Shown piece after piece: positions 1 to 9,052 of a DNA stretch of 64,000 bases (its first letter is position 1; every line of letters starts with the position of its first letter). Both the position numbers and the translations under genes were made by a program. Under the pieces are notes generated by a model. It was not told where the DNA came from, did no database searches, and saw nothing but the letters and a program-made list of their open reading frames with translations. The DNA comes from Thermococcus sp. JdFR-02 (GTDB taxonomy: Archaea > Methanobacteriota_B > Thermococci > Thermococcales > Thermococcaceae): the NCBI GenBank assembly GCA_002009975.1, contig MTLP01000007.1, positions 80,764 through 144,763 of the forward strand, read 5' to 3'.

Positions 1-2
1 AT

Positions 3-383
3 CGCTTCAAAGCGGCAGTGACTCAAAGATCAATAACAAATTGGATTTCTTTCTTTGGAACAACGGATATAGGCTATTACTTTGCTCCAGATCAGATTGG
101 AAAAGATCCCTGGGATAATTTAGAAGGATATTGGGAAAAGTCACCTTTAAAGCATGCCAAAAATGTTGAAACGCCCCTTTTAATAATCCATTCAATTGAG
201 GACTATAGATGCTGGCTGACTGAAGCACTGCAATTCTTTACAGCTCTGAAGTATTTAGGCAAGAGAGTTGAGTTAGCTTTATTCCCCGGAGAAAACCACG
301 ATTTGTCAAGGAGAGGGAAGCCAAAGCATAGAATAGAAAGGTTAAAGTTAATTGTCAGCTGGTTTGAGAAATATTTAGCTTAA
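3..383 (+). CDS. S9 family peptidase (acylaminoacyl-peptidase-like), C-terminal part, truncated by window start
   Basis: Frame open from position 3 (RFKAAVTQRSITNW...); catalytic Asp (HSIEDYRC) and His (GENHDL) motifs of prolyl oligopeptidase family. Confidence 0.9.
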   Translation, partial: RFKAAVTQRSITNWISFFGTTDIGYYFAPDQIGKDPWDNLEGYWEKSPLKHAKNVETPLLIIHSIEDYRCWLTEALQFFTALKYLGKRVELALFPGENHDLSRRGKPKHRIERLKLIVSWFEKYLA

Positions 384-1208
384 CTACTCTTCCAGCATTT
401 TAAATTCTTTTTTAAGCAAAGCGATTTGTTGGGGAGAAAAGGCATCTTTTTCTATAATCACCGCTATGAATGATTTTGTGAGCAGGGCATGGTCTTTTAG
501 GGTCGCTAGCATTTTAAACACACTCTCAAAGTCATTTTCTATAACGAGATATTCTATCCCATCTATCAGTATTACTTTGGGCTTTCTCTCTTTTTTCATG
601 AATTCTACAAGAGAGTGAAGTATAAAAGGCAAACGAGAAGGGTGAATTGAATTTGGCGCTTCAATTTTTGTTATCCAGTAGATTGGAATATCTTTAAGGA
701 GTGTGTGTTTCTCTTTGATGATTATCGGGGAATCTCTTGCTAGGATTATCCCAGGGTATTTGTCTATCAGGTTTAAGAAGAAGTTAAAGGCTTTTGATTT
801 ACTTGAGAAGAGATAAAGTCCAGGGGAAACATTAACATCTCCCAGAAGCATGCCTCTTGCCTTAACTAATGGTATGTCAATATATTTCTCAGCATATTTT
901 GAAAGCCACAGTGTTGTTGAAGTTACAAATATGATAGCAAAGAGAGTATAGATAAGGAACATCTGCTCTAAGCTGAGATTGATTAAGGGTTTTCCATCAA
1001 TATAAATATCATTGAAAATGTCTAGTATAAACCCTATTATTGCGATAAACAGACCCAGAATAATGCCCTGATGGAAGAGTTTTATTCTAGGATACTCTTT
1101 AATTATAACCTCTCTTGTTGCCAAGAGTTTGTAAAATAGATAAATTGAACAAATAAGCGCTATTAGGGGAATAGCAAAGCCAGGATTGGTATAATCTATA
1201 CTTAGCAT
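384..1208 (-). CDS. Membrane protein with C-terminal DUF835 domain
   Basis: Three hydrophobic segments then WITK...IHPSRL...ILIDGIEYLVIENDFESVFK pattern of DUF835; start set at ATG 1208. Confidence 0.8.
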   Translation of the reverse strand: MLSIDYTNPGFAIPLIALICSIYLFYKLLATREVIIKEYPRIKLFHQGIILGLFIAIIGFILDIFNDIYIDGKPLINLSLEQMFLIYTLFAIIFVTSTTLWLSKYAEKYIDIPLVKARGMLLGDVNVSPGLYLFSSKSKAFNFFLNLIDKYPGIILARDSPIIIKEKHTLLKDIPIYWITKIEAPNSIHPSRLPFILHSLVEFMKKERKPKVILIDGIEYLVIENDFESVFKMLATLKDHALLTKSFIAVIIEKDAFSPQQIALLKKEFKMLEE

Positions 1209-1269
1209 AGTGCGACTAATAGTTTGAAGGAGTATAATAAATTTTCTATAAAAGATAAAGAGAAGCACG

Positions 1270-2709
1270 TTATCCTAAAAATCCTCTAAGCATGGCTAGA
1301 TTTAATATTGTTTCCTTACTTATCTCACCTGTTATCACTCTTTCAGTCATCGCTACATACTCTGAATTTTGCTCGATTCCCCATTCTTTAGCAAGTTCTA
1401 CAATTGGCTTTAGGAATTTAAACTTTTTAGCGGCATTTGGGTTAAAGTGTGCAAAAGCAAAGCTTAAATCTCTGTAAAGTCCTTTGTAGTACTCGCTAAT
1501 CAATTCGAATTCTTTTTCACTTAAAGCATTTAATCCCAAAATCTCGGGTGGTATTCCTAAGGAATAAAGCGAGGCTGTAAACTTTATTGCCCTTGGCAAA
1601 GCTGAACCATTAACCTCTCTTGCATAACCAAAAAGTCCAATATGGAGCTTTCTCTTTCTTCTTGAAGGCACAAAGTTGGCAACTTCCCTAATATAGGGAG
1701 CTAGAACCCTAAGCTGCTGTGAATACTCATCTTCGTATTTTGTCAGAATTTGGAAAAGCCTCTCATCAATTGGTTCTGCTTTCTTTCTTTTTGTGTTTTT
1801 TATCTCCTCTATTGCTTTCATGACCTCTTTTGGAGGGTTGTCGTATTTGAAAGAACTCTGTATTGTGAAAGTTTGAGTGCTTGGGTATTCTTCCAGTACA
1901 CCCTTAACATTATCTGGCGTCAAATGCCCTCTAAAAGGAGCTCCTCCAACGCCAACTATTGGATAAATGTCAATACTTATCTCCTCCTCAAGTTCTTGAA
2001 GTTTAAATAGGGCATATTTGTCATAAATAACCGCGCTAATTAGTCCATAGTTCATCGCAGGATCACTTCTTGCCAAAAAGACACGCTGATACTCAAAATC
2101 CTTTCCATCTAAATACTCCTCAACAATTTTGTGTGCATTTAAAATTGCTTCTTTTGTCTCAAAAAGCGGAATTATGCTTATTTCAGTTGGATAAAACTCA
2201 CCGATCCATTCATAAATCTTAATATCAAAAACCCTCTTGTACTGCTTTCCAGCTATGTATTTGGTGTAAAGCTCATACACCCTTTGAATTTCTTCAAATG
2301 AGGTTGTCATTGGTAAAATAACCTCAAAAATGGGGGCAATCTCGTCATTATAGAAAATTTTAGCATAATCAGCCGAGCGTGGAATACTCTCCAAAGTTTC
2401 AAGCAAAAGCTTTGCTTCTGCCTTTTCAACACTTGGGTTTGGGACTCTTGGGGTTAAGCGAAACTCCTCTCCAAGTTTGTGTTTTTTAAAGAATTCCCCA
2501 TACTTTTCAAGGAGCTTTTTTATAACAAACTCATCAACTTCTTTACCTTCAAAATCCCACATTTGTTCTTCTACTCCCAAAACACTAAAAGCATAGAAAG
2601 CTTCGCTTATCTCATCTTCTCCCCCTAAAACAGGCTCCTTCGCAAAGAAGGGTATAAAAACGTTGTCAGGATGTTGAGTACTCATTGTTCTTGGTATCAA
2701 ATTTCCCAT
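1270..2709 (-). CDS. ppcA: Archaeal phosphoenolpyruvate carboxylase
   Basis: IPRTMSTQHPDN N-terminus, EQMWDFEGK, RVFLARSDPAMNYG, GGAPFRG, LPRAIKFT motifs. Confidence 0.95.
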   Translation of the reverse strand: MGNLIPRTMSTQHPDNVFIPFFAKEPVLGGEDEISEAFYAFSVLGVEEQMWDFEGKEVDEFVIKKLLEKYGEFFKKHKLGEEFRLTPRVPNPSVEKAEAKLLLETLESIPRSADYAKIFYNDEIAPIFEVILPMTTSFEEIQRVYELYTKYIAGKQYKRVFDIKIYEWIGEFYPTEISIIPLFETKEAILNAHKIVEEYLDGKDFEYQRVFLARSDPAMNYGLISAVIYDKYALFKLQELEEEISIDIYPIVGVGGAPFRGHLTPDNVKGVLEEYPSTQTFTIQSSFKYDNPPKEVMKAIEEIKNTKRKKAEPIDERLFQILTKYEDEYSQQLRVLAPYIREVANFVPSRRKRKLHIGLFGYAREVNGSALPRAIKFTASLYSLGIPPEILGLNALSEKEFELISEYYKGLYRDLSFAFAHFNPNAAKKFKFLKPIVELAKEWGIEQNSEYVAMTERVITGEISKETILNLAMLRGFLG

Positions 2710-2814
2710 CCAAAAGTACATTTTAAATCTAAATTTAATACTTTCGGCAAATTTTTTGGAAAAATGACAAGGTATTTTAAAAAGCTTTTTAAGTGAAACT
2801 CCCTATTTCAATCC

Positions 2815-3420
2815 ATGCGCGCTTACATTTTGGCATTTAAAGAGAGGGCATTTGATAACTATCTCTTGATGATAAATGATGAACCAATAGTTAAAATAGT
2901 TGAAGAAAGGCTTTTGATGTGTAAAAGAATTGATGAGGTTTTCACGATTGTTAGAAAAGATCAGCTGAAACGCTTTTCACTTCATGTTTCAAATCCAATA
3001 GGTGTTAAAGCAAAAAACAAAATTGAGGCTTTATATAAGTTTCTTCCCTCTTCAGGCGAAATATTTTTGATTGAAGGGAACATGCCTTTAGTGATGCCCT
3101 TCTTGGTAAACTACCTCTCAACACTCTTTTTAGATAATGAAAGCGAAGCACTAATACCTTCTTGGAGCGATAAAACACTTGAAGTAACTCACGCTTTTTA
3201 TGAAGCAAAGCCCTTAAAGAAAGCATTGGAAACCTGTTTAGCTGAAAATGAGAAAAAGCTTGGCTGTATGGCGAAGCATTTAGATTATGAAACGATTAGC
3301 ATTAAAAAGTTAAGCAAAAGAAATGTTAAGGTAACTTTGAGCTTCTTTAAAGTTAGAAACTCCTTTGATTTGAGGTTTGCTGAGGAAACATTGAAAAAAT
3401 TAGAAAAGGAGAGTAGTTAG
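2815..3420 (+). CDS. MobA-like molybdenum cofactor guanylyltransferase-related protein (divergent)
   Basis: RAYILA N-terminus, GNMPLV, LEVTHAFY, SFFKVRNSFDL resemble MobA motifs (xDMP, EPLHAxY, FFNINTxEDL). Confidence 0.6.
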   Translation: MRAYILAFKERAFDNYLLMINDEPIVKIVEERLLMCKRIDEVFTIVRKDQLKRFSLHVSNPIGVKAKNKIEALYKFLPSSGEIFLIEGNMPLVMPFLVNYLSTLFLDNESEALIPSWSDKTLEVTHAFYEAKPLKKALETCLAENEKKLGCMAKHLDYETISIKKLSKRNVKVTLSFFKVRNSFDLRFAEETLKKLEKESS

Positions 3421-3932
3421 ATCTTTACAGCCTTCTTAACTTTGTCCCCTATCACAACGGCAAGGAAGGCTTTAATGACATCAAACACTACGAAAGGAGC
3501 AACACCCAGTTTAAATGCCTTTACAAAGTCTCCACCCATATAAAAACCAAGTCTAAGCCAGCCGAGGAGGTAAATTACCGTTAAGCCCAGCAAGCATGCA
3601 GTCAAATGCCACACTAAGCCTTCTCTTTTCTCGGCAATGAAGCCTATTAAAAATGCCGCTATTGGAAATGCTATAATATATCCCCCAGTTGGACCGTAAA
3701 TATGGACAAAACCTCCACTAAACCTTGCAAACACTGGGAGTCCTATAGCACCCATAAGTACATATATGAATTGACTTAAAAAGCCTAGTCTTGCTCCTAA
3801 AATCAGAGCACTCAGGAATATGACTAAAACCTGAAGTGTAAATGGTACTGGACCTAATGGAATGGCTATTTGAGCACCTACTGCTGTTAAGGCGGCAAAT
3901 AAAGCTGAGAATGCTACATCTCGAGCCTTCAT
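3417..3932 (-). CDS. bioY: Biotin ECF transporter substrate component BioY
   Basis: PVPFTLQ, GLPVF, GPTGGYI motifs; hydrophobic; biotin locus context. Confidence 0.95.
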   Translation of the reverse strand: MKARDVAFSALFAALTAVGAQIAIPLGPVPFTLQVLVIFLSALILGARLGFLSQFIYVLMGAIGLPVFARFSGGFVHIYGPTGGYIIAFPIAAFLIGFIAEKREGLVWHLTACLLGLTVIYLLGWLRLGFYMGGDFVKAFKLGVAPFVVFDVIKAFLAVVIGDKVKKAVKI

Positions 3933-3955
3933 TTTATCACCTCAAAGTTAGAGCA

Positions 3956-3988
3956 TTCGTTAACTTTAAAAATTTTATGGTTAACAAT
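3956..3988. promoter_or_regulatory. Predicted BirA operator in the divergent bioY/bioB promoter region
   Basis: TTCGTTAAC-N15-GTTAACAAT: two GTTAAC half-sites (3959-3964, 3980-3985) 15 nt apart, matching the known BirA operator architecture. Confidence 0.8.
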
Positions 3989-4003
3989 ATTTAGTGCTAG
4001 GTC

Positions 4004-4978
4004 ATGAGAGAGAAGATACACAAGCTTGCGGATAAGGTCATGAATCATGAAACATTAAACCCTGATGAGAAAAGGTTTCTCTTTAGTGTTCCCAATGAGT
4101 ACATACTTGACCTAATAAGCGCTGCTTATAAAATAAAGCTTAAATTTCGTGGGCAAAGAATCTCGACTTGTAGCATAGTAAGTGCCAAAACTGGTTTTTG
4201 CTCGGAAGACTGTGCATTTTGTGCTCAATCAATTAGAAGCACCTCAAAGATTCAAAGGCATTCACTCATCCATCCAGAGGAAATTTTGGAGGCTGCAATA
4301 GATGCTGAGGAAAGCGGTGCCGAGAGGTTTAGCATAGTAACGAGTGGAAGAGGATACAGCGGCGAAGAGAAGGAATTTGAGAGAATTTTAGATGTAGTAA
4401 AGCTTATTTTAGACAACACAAATCTAAATGTGGACGTTTCATTAGGCTCACTCAGCAGAAAAGCTGTCGAAAAGCTTGCAAAAGCTGGTGTTAAAAGAAT
4501 TCATCACAATATTGAAACTTCAAAAAGCTACTTTAAAAATATCGTTTCTACACACAGTTTCGATGAAAAAATTGAAACTATAAAAACAATAAAAGAGCTT
4601 GGATTGGAGGTTTGTTCGGGATTCATAATTGGAATGGGCGAGGATGTTGAAGACAGAATAGAAATAGCTGAAATTTTAAATTCGCTAAATGTTGATTCTG
4701 TTCCAATAAATATACTGATACCAATAAAGGGAACTCCTCTAGGAAATCTAGTACCCATAACGCCCCTAGAAGCTTTGAAGAACATAGCAGCATTTAGATT
4801 TCTTATGCCCGATAAAGAACTAAGACTCTGTGGTGGAAGGGTTCAAAATCTCAGAGACCTGCAGATATTAAGCTTGTTTATAGTTGATGGAATACTCATC
4901 GGTAGAAAGGCTTTGACAACAGGAATAAGAGATCCAGAATTAGATATTACAATGATAAAGGACTTGGAATTTTATTAA
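4004..4978 (+). CDS. bioB: Biotin synthase (radical SAM)
   Basis: AKTGFCSEDCAFCAQS (CxxxCxxC), HHNIET, VCSGFIIGMGE, SVPINILIPIKGTPL; located in the biotin locus. Confidence 0.88.
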   Translation: MREKIHKLADKVMNHETLNPDEKRFLFSVPNEYILDLISAAYKIKLKFRGQRISTCSIVSAKTGFCSEDCAFCAQSIRSTSKIQRHSLIHPEEILEAAIDAEESGAERFSIVTSGRGYSGEEKEFERILDVVKLILDNTNLNVDVSLGSLSRKAVEKLAKAGVKRIHHNIETSKSYFKNIVSTHSFDEKIETIKTIKELGLEVCSGFIIGMGEDVEDRIEIAEILNSLNVDSVPINILIPIKGTPLGNLVPITPLEALKNIAAFRFLMPDKELRLCGGRVQNLRDLQILSLFIVDGILIGRKALTTGIRDPELDITMIKDLEFY

Positions 4979-5129
4979 CTTCTAATTCCCCTTCACGGAG
5001 GAGATTTGTTCCTCTCTTTTACATATGTAAGAAATATAATCAGAAATCTCAAAAGTTGACATATTAACAACTAAGTTAGCATAATCAGAAGAGGAATTAT
5101 TATAAAGAGCTTCTTTCTAACAGTTAGAC

Positions 5130-5537
5130 ATGTCAATGAAAATTAGAGCTCATCATCTTCTGTGTATGCAGGGATTTCAAGGATATGGGTATAGCAAAGA
5201 ATTCGTAGAGAATATGACTAACATACTTGAGAGATTAAGTTCAAATCCAGTATTGGAGATAGTCGATGAATGTGATGAAATTTGCTCTCATTGCCCATAC
5301 AATATAAATGGTGAATGCAGAAAAACATCAACTTCTTCTCAGACGGTCAAAAGCATGGATATTAAAGTTTTGAGAAAGTTAAGCTTAAGAAAAGGAGATA
5401 AAATTAGAGCAAAAGATGCTCTTTCTCTTGTGAATGAAAAGCTTGATTATGCGTCTCTCCAAGAAATATGTGGTGATTGTGAATGGAAGGAAAAATGCCT
5501 GTTTTTCATAAGAAAATGCTCAAAGACAGCAAAGTAA
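5130..5537 (+). CDS. DUF1284 family Cys-rich protein
   Basis: RAHHLLCMQGFQGYGYSKEFVENM, DEICSHCP, ICGDCEWKEKC motifs. Confidence 0.8.
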   Translation: MSMKIRAHHLLCMQGFQGYGYSKEFVENMTNILERLSSNPVLEIVDECDEICSHCPYNINGECRKTSTSSQTVKSMDIKVLRKLSLRKGDKIRAKDALSLVNEKLDYASLQEICGDCEWKEKCLFFIRKCSKTAK

Positions 5538-6301
5538 AGCGTGAACTCTTAAAGGCTCTTCATGAAAGAGAAGTGGTTTCAGGTGATGCAATAGCATCAA
5601 AGTTAAATATATCACGAGTTGCTGTGTGGAAGCATGTGAAAGAACTTATTGAGCTTGGCTACGAGATAGAATCGACACCAAAGGGCTATAAACTTTTAAA
5701 AGAACCAAACAAACCCTATCCATGGGAGCTAAATGTTAAGGCTTACTATTTCTTAAAAATTGACTCCACAATGAACGTTGCTAAAGAGCTTGCTGAAAAA
5801 GGAGAGGAAGAGTGGACTTTTATAATTGCGGAAGAGCAGACACAAGGGAGAGGAAGATTGAAACGGTCTTGGGAGTCTCAAAAAGGTGGCTTGTACTTTT
5901 CCGTAATTTTGAGACCAAAAATAAAGCTTACAGAAATTGAAAAAATTTTAATTCCATCATCGCTTGTAGTTGCTAAAACAATTGAAGGATATGGACTAAA
6001 ACCTCAAGTTGGTTCAGCTGGAGATGTTTTTATCAATGGAAAAAAAGTTGCTGGAATATTGGTTGAGGCTGAGGGAGAACTCGACATGGTTGATTTTCTC
6101 ATACTTGGAATAGGTGTTAATGTGAACAACGATGTTCCAAAAGAGCTTAACGCAACATCCCTAAAAGAAGAGTTAAGGGAAGAGATAAATCTGCTTAGGT
6201 TTTCTGAAAAGCTGTTTGAAAATCTTAAGAAAGAAGTCGAACGGTTTAAAAATAATCCCAAAGAGGTTATTGTGGAGCAAAAGAAAAGCACAAATTTTTA
6301 A
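5516..6301 (+). CDS. birA: Biotin-protein ligase/repressor with N-terminal HTH
   Basis: SGDAIASKLNISRVAVWKH HTH; QTQGRGRLKRSWES, GGLYFSV, KKVAGIL, GIGVNV; start chosen at ATG 5516. Confidence 0.9.
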   Translation: MLKDSKVKRELLKALHEREVVSGDAIASKLNISRVAVWKHVKELIELGYEIESTPKGYKLLKEPNKPYPWELNVKAYYFLKIDSTMNVAKELAEKGEEEWTFIIAEEQTQGRGRLKRSWESQKGGLYFSVILRPKIKLTEIEKILIPSSLVVAKTIEGYGLKPQVGSAGDVFINGKKVAGILVEAEGELDMVDFLILGIGVNVNNDVPKELNATSLKEELREEINLLRFSEKLFENLKKEVERFKNNPKEVIVEQKKSTNF

Positions 6302-6310
6302 AGTCTAAAC

Positions 6311-7114
6311 TTGAAATTCAAAGCGATGATTGAGGTAAGGAACCTTTGGCATATCTATGAAGGTAGAAAAATAGCTCTGAGGGATGTTAGCTTAGCCTTT
6401 GAAAATGAGATAGTTGCGTTAGTTGGTCCAAATGGTTCTGGAAAGACAACTTTAGCAAAGCATTTGAACGGTTTGTTAAAACCTACAAAAGGTGAGGTAA
6501 TTGTTGATGGGCTGAACACAAGAGAGCACAGTGTTGCAGAGCTTTCTAGGATAGTAGGTTACGTCTTCCAAAACCCAGAAAATATGTTCTTTGAGGAAAA
6601 CGTTTTTAAAGAGGTTGCTTTTGGTCCAAAAAATCTTGGATTGAGCGAGGAGGAGATAGAGGAGAGGGTTAAGTGGGTTTTGAAGCAAGTAAACCTTGAA
6701 GGATATGAAGAGAGACATCCCTATGGATTAAGTGGTGGTGAAAAGCAGCGCTTAGCCATAGCCTGTATCCTTGCTATGAATCCGAAATATCTAATTTTAG
6801 ACGAGCCAACAACAGGTTTAGATGAAAAAAGTGCTGAGAGTGTTAAGACTGTCATCAAAAAGCTATATAGGGAAGGACATGGAATTCTGTTAATTACCCA
6901 TGAGATGGAACTTGTTTTGGAGTTAGCGGAAAGGGTTGTTTTACTTTATGAGGGACAAAAGCTTTTTGATGGTAGTGTTGGTGAGTTCTTTGCTCTAAAT
7001 TTGAGAGATTACTATCTAGACAAGCCAGAAATACTGAAAATTAGTGAAAACTTAAATTTGGGTTTCATAAGAAGTGTGGGTGACTTTTTAACCAAGCTGG
7101 AGGAATTGCTATGA
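6311..7114 (+). CDS. ECF transporter ATPase (BioM/EcfA-like)
   Basis: GPNGSGKT Walker A, VFQNPE, LSGGEKQR signature, LDEPT. Confidence 0.92.
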   Translation: MKFKAMIEVRNLWHIYEGRKIALRDVSLAFENEIVALVGPNGSGKTTLAKHLNGLLKPTKGEVIVDGLNTREHSVAELSRIVGYVFQNPENMFFEENVFKEVAFGPKNLGLSEEEIEERVKWVLKQVNLEGYEERHPYGLSGGEKQRLAIACILAMNPKYLILDEPTTGLDEKSAESVKTVIKKLYREGHGILLITHEMELVLELAERVVLLYEGQKLFDGSVGEFFALNLRDYYLDKPEILKISENLNLGFIRSVGDFLTKLEELL

Positions 7115-7869
7115 TGTATAACTTCTACGTGGAGAGAGATTCGATCCTGCACCGTTTAGATCCTCGGGTTAAAATAATTGCTTCAATTCTCGGAATAGCA
7201 TCCATGATTCTTTTTAACAGCCCAACGATGCTTTTCCTACTTTTTGTAAGCATCTCCCTGAGCTTAGCATTTTTAGGAAAAATAACTTTTAGAGAACAGT
7301 TAAGAGTTTTAAAGCCACTCTTTCCTTTAATGATCATAACCATTGCAATATGGCCCTTTATATTAGAACCAGCCAGCTTCGGACTTTTCATTGGCTTTGG
7401 ATATGCTTTAAGGTTAGCCTCTATGGCAATGATAACCTTTGGACTCTTAATAACAACGTCTCAAAGGGAGCTTATTTTAGGATTTATAAAGCTAAAAATG
7501 CCCTATGAGATTGGTTTAACACTAACAATCGCTTTGAGATACATTCCTACTCTCTTTGGCTTAGCTCAAAAAATAACCGATGCACAAAAATCAAGGGGAT
7601 TAGAATTGGAGAAAGGTAGCTTTCTCACCAGACTCAAAAATACAATCCCAATTTTGATCCCCTTAATAATTTCGGCAATTAAAACTGCTCATGAGCTAAG
7701 CATAGCCTTAGAGAGCAGAGCATTTGGAGCTAATAAAAGGAGAACTTTCCTCTACACGATAAAAATGAAATCAAGGGATTATTTTGCTCTGATTGTTGTG
7801 CTTTTCTTGTTTGGCTTAGCCCTTTATCTACGCTATCAGCTTAACATTGGCTACATTAAGCTTTATTAG
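7111..7869 (+). CDS. ECF transporter transmembrane component (BioN/EcfT-like)
   Basis: LHRLDPRVK, AQKSRG and ALESRAF coupling-helix motifs. Confidence 0.9.
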   Translation: MMYNFYVERDSILHRLDPRVKIIASILGIASMILFNSPTMLFLLFVSISLSLAFLGKITFREQLRVLKPLFPLMIITIAIWPFILEPASFGLFIGFGYALRLASMAMITFGLLITTSQRELILGFIKLKMPYEIGLTLTIALRYIPTLFGLAQKITDAQKSRGLELEKGSFLTRLKNTIPILIPLIISAIKTAHELSIALESRAFGANKRRTFLYTIKMKSRDYFALIVVLFLFGLALYLRYQLNIGYIKLY

Positions 7870-8519
7870 ACCATTATCAGCTTGACTTTTTTATCTATGG
7901 GAACGCTGTGCTCTCCAATGTTCTTTATAAACTTTGGTGGTGTCTTTAAGATGCTTATGTTCATTCTGTAATGTCCTCTATACCCCGAGGTTCTTAAAAC
8001 GAGAAGATACTCAAAGAGTTCGGGCGTTAAGAATAACCTCCTAAACTCAGCATTTAGATTTAGTTCGTTTATCTCCAAGGTATTGTGGGAAATGATCATG
8101 AACAACCCCTTTTTATCCACGATTTTTCTCAAGTCAATCAGCTTTTCCTTAGCTATCCCCTCTAAAATTCCAAAGTTTGACACAAAGATGAATGAATCTT
8201 CTTCAACCAACTCTAAAGCAGAAATCAATTCATCCAATGTATATATCTTCCCCAAGAAAATGTTATCATTAGTGGGGGAGAATTTTTCCAAAAGTTCGAA
8301 GGAAAAACCATTTGTCGGTTCCAAATGATATGCTGTCTTATTTGCATTTAGTGCATTTGAAAGGGAGGAATATTGCAAAACAGCATGAGAAATAGCATCT
8401 GTGGTTATTACACCAGCTATGCTGCTCTCTTCTATAAAACCAACTAAGGGGGAGATTTCTTCTATTAATGCAACCCCGCTCTCTTTTTTAGTAGTTGGTT
8501 TATAGAACATGACCCTCAA
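7866..8519 (-). CDS. Hypothetical protein, possibly a degenerate RecA/KaiC-like fold
   Basis: 217 aa ORF with host-like codon usage; alternating beta/alpha pattern; no Walker A. Confidence 0.6.
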   Translation of the reverse strand: MRVMFYKPTTKKESGVALIEEISPLVGFIEESSIAGVITTDAISHAVLQYSSLSNALNANKTAYHLEPTNGFSFELLEKFSPTNDNIFLGKIYTLDELISALELVEEDSFIFVSNFGILEGIAKEKLIDLRKIVDKKGLFMIISHNTLEINELNLNAEFRRLFLTPELFEYLLVLRTSGYRGHYRMNISILKTPPKFIKNIGEHSVPIDKKVKLIMV

Positions 8520-8572
8520 AAATTATCCTCTACTTTGGGATATTTATACTTTACCGAAAATAAAACTGAAAG

Positions 8573-8947
8573 TCAAAGGGCAGCTATTAAGGAAAGTCCA
8601 ACGATTATACCCACGATTATCATTAGCACGAATGCTACTACTATTGCAAAAAGCCAAGCAATCACTGCTTTTCCCCAGTTGGTATTGAAAACTGTTTTTA
8701 CAACCCAAAGAAAAGCTATTAGTCCTATTAATCCTCCAATTACTGGAATTATATTACCCAATATCCCTGAAAGAAGCATGCCAACTAATGTTGCGATAAA
8801 TGCTTTTCCAAAGCTTGCATCCTCGATTTTGGCGAATCTTGCACCTATCCAGAGGAACACTGAATCTATTGCTATCATTACCAAAAATACGATAACTGCC
8901 ATAGCACCTAAGGCACTCATCATTGCTCCAAACCCATAGGGTGGCAT
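8573..8947 (-). CDS. Small integral membrane protein
   Basis: About four hydrophobic segments; GGTGA RBS upstream on the minus strand. Confidence 0.75.
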   Translation of the reverse strand: MPPYGFGAMMSALGAMAVIVFLVMIAIDSVFLWIGARFAKIEDASFGKAFIATLVGMLLSGILGNIIPVIGGLIGLIAFLWVVKTVFNTNWGKAVIAWLFAIVVAFVLMIIVGIIVGLSLIAAL

Positions 8948-9052
8948 AGCATCACCTAAGTTCTCTCATATTTGCAAAGGCTATATAGCTTTGCCCTATG
9001 TGACAAAGGATAAAACTAATAAATGCTCCTTCACAACTTTTGGAGGGCTTAA

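Noticed and set aside
8535-8939. 134-aa plus-strand ORF and many similar short ORFs (e.g. 13938..14396, 30390..30764, 58779..59351, 63695..63931)
   Set aside because: Antisense shadows of well-supported genes, with no motifs or RBS.
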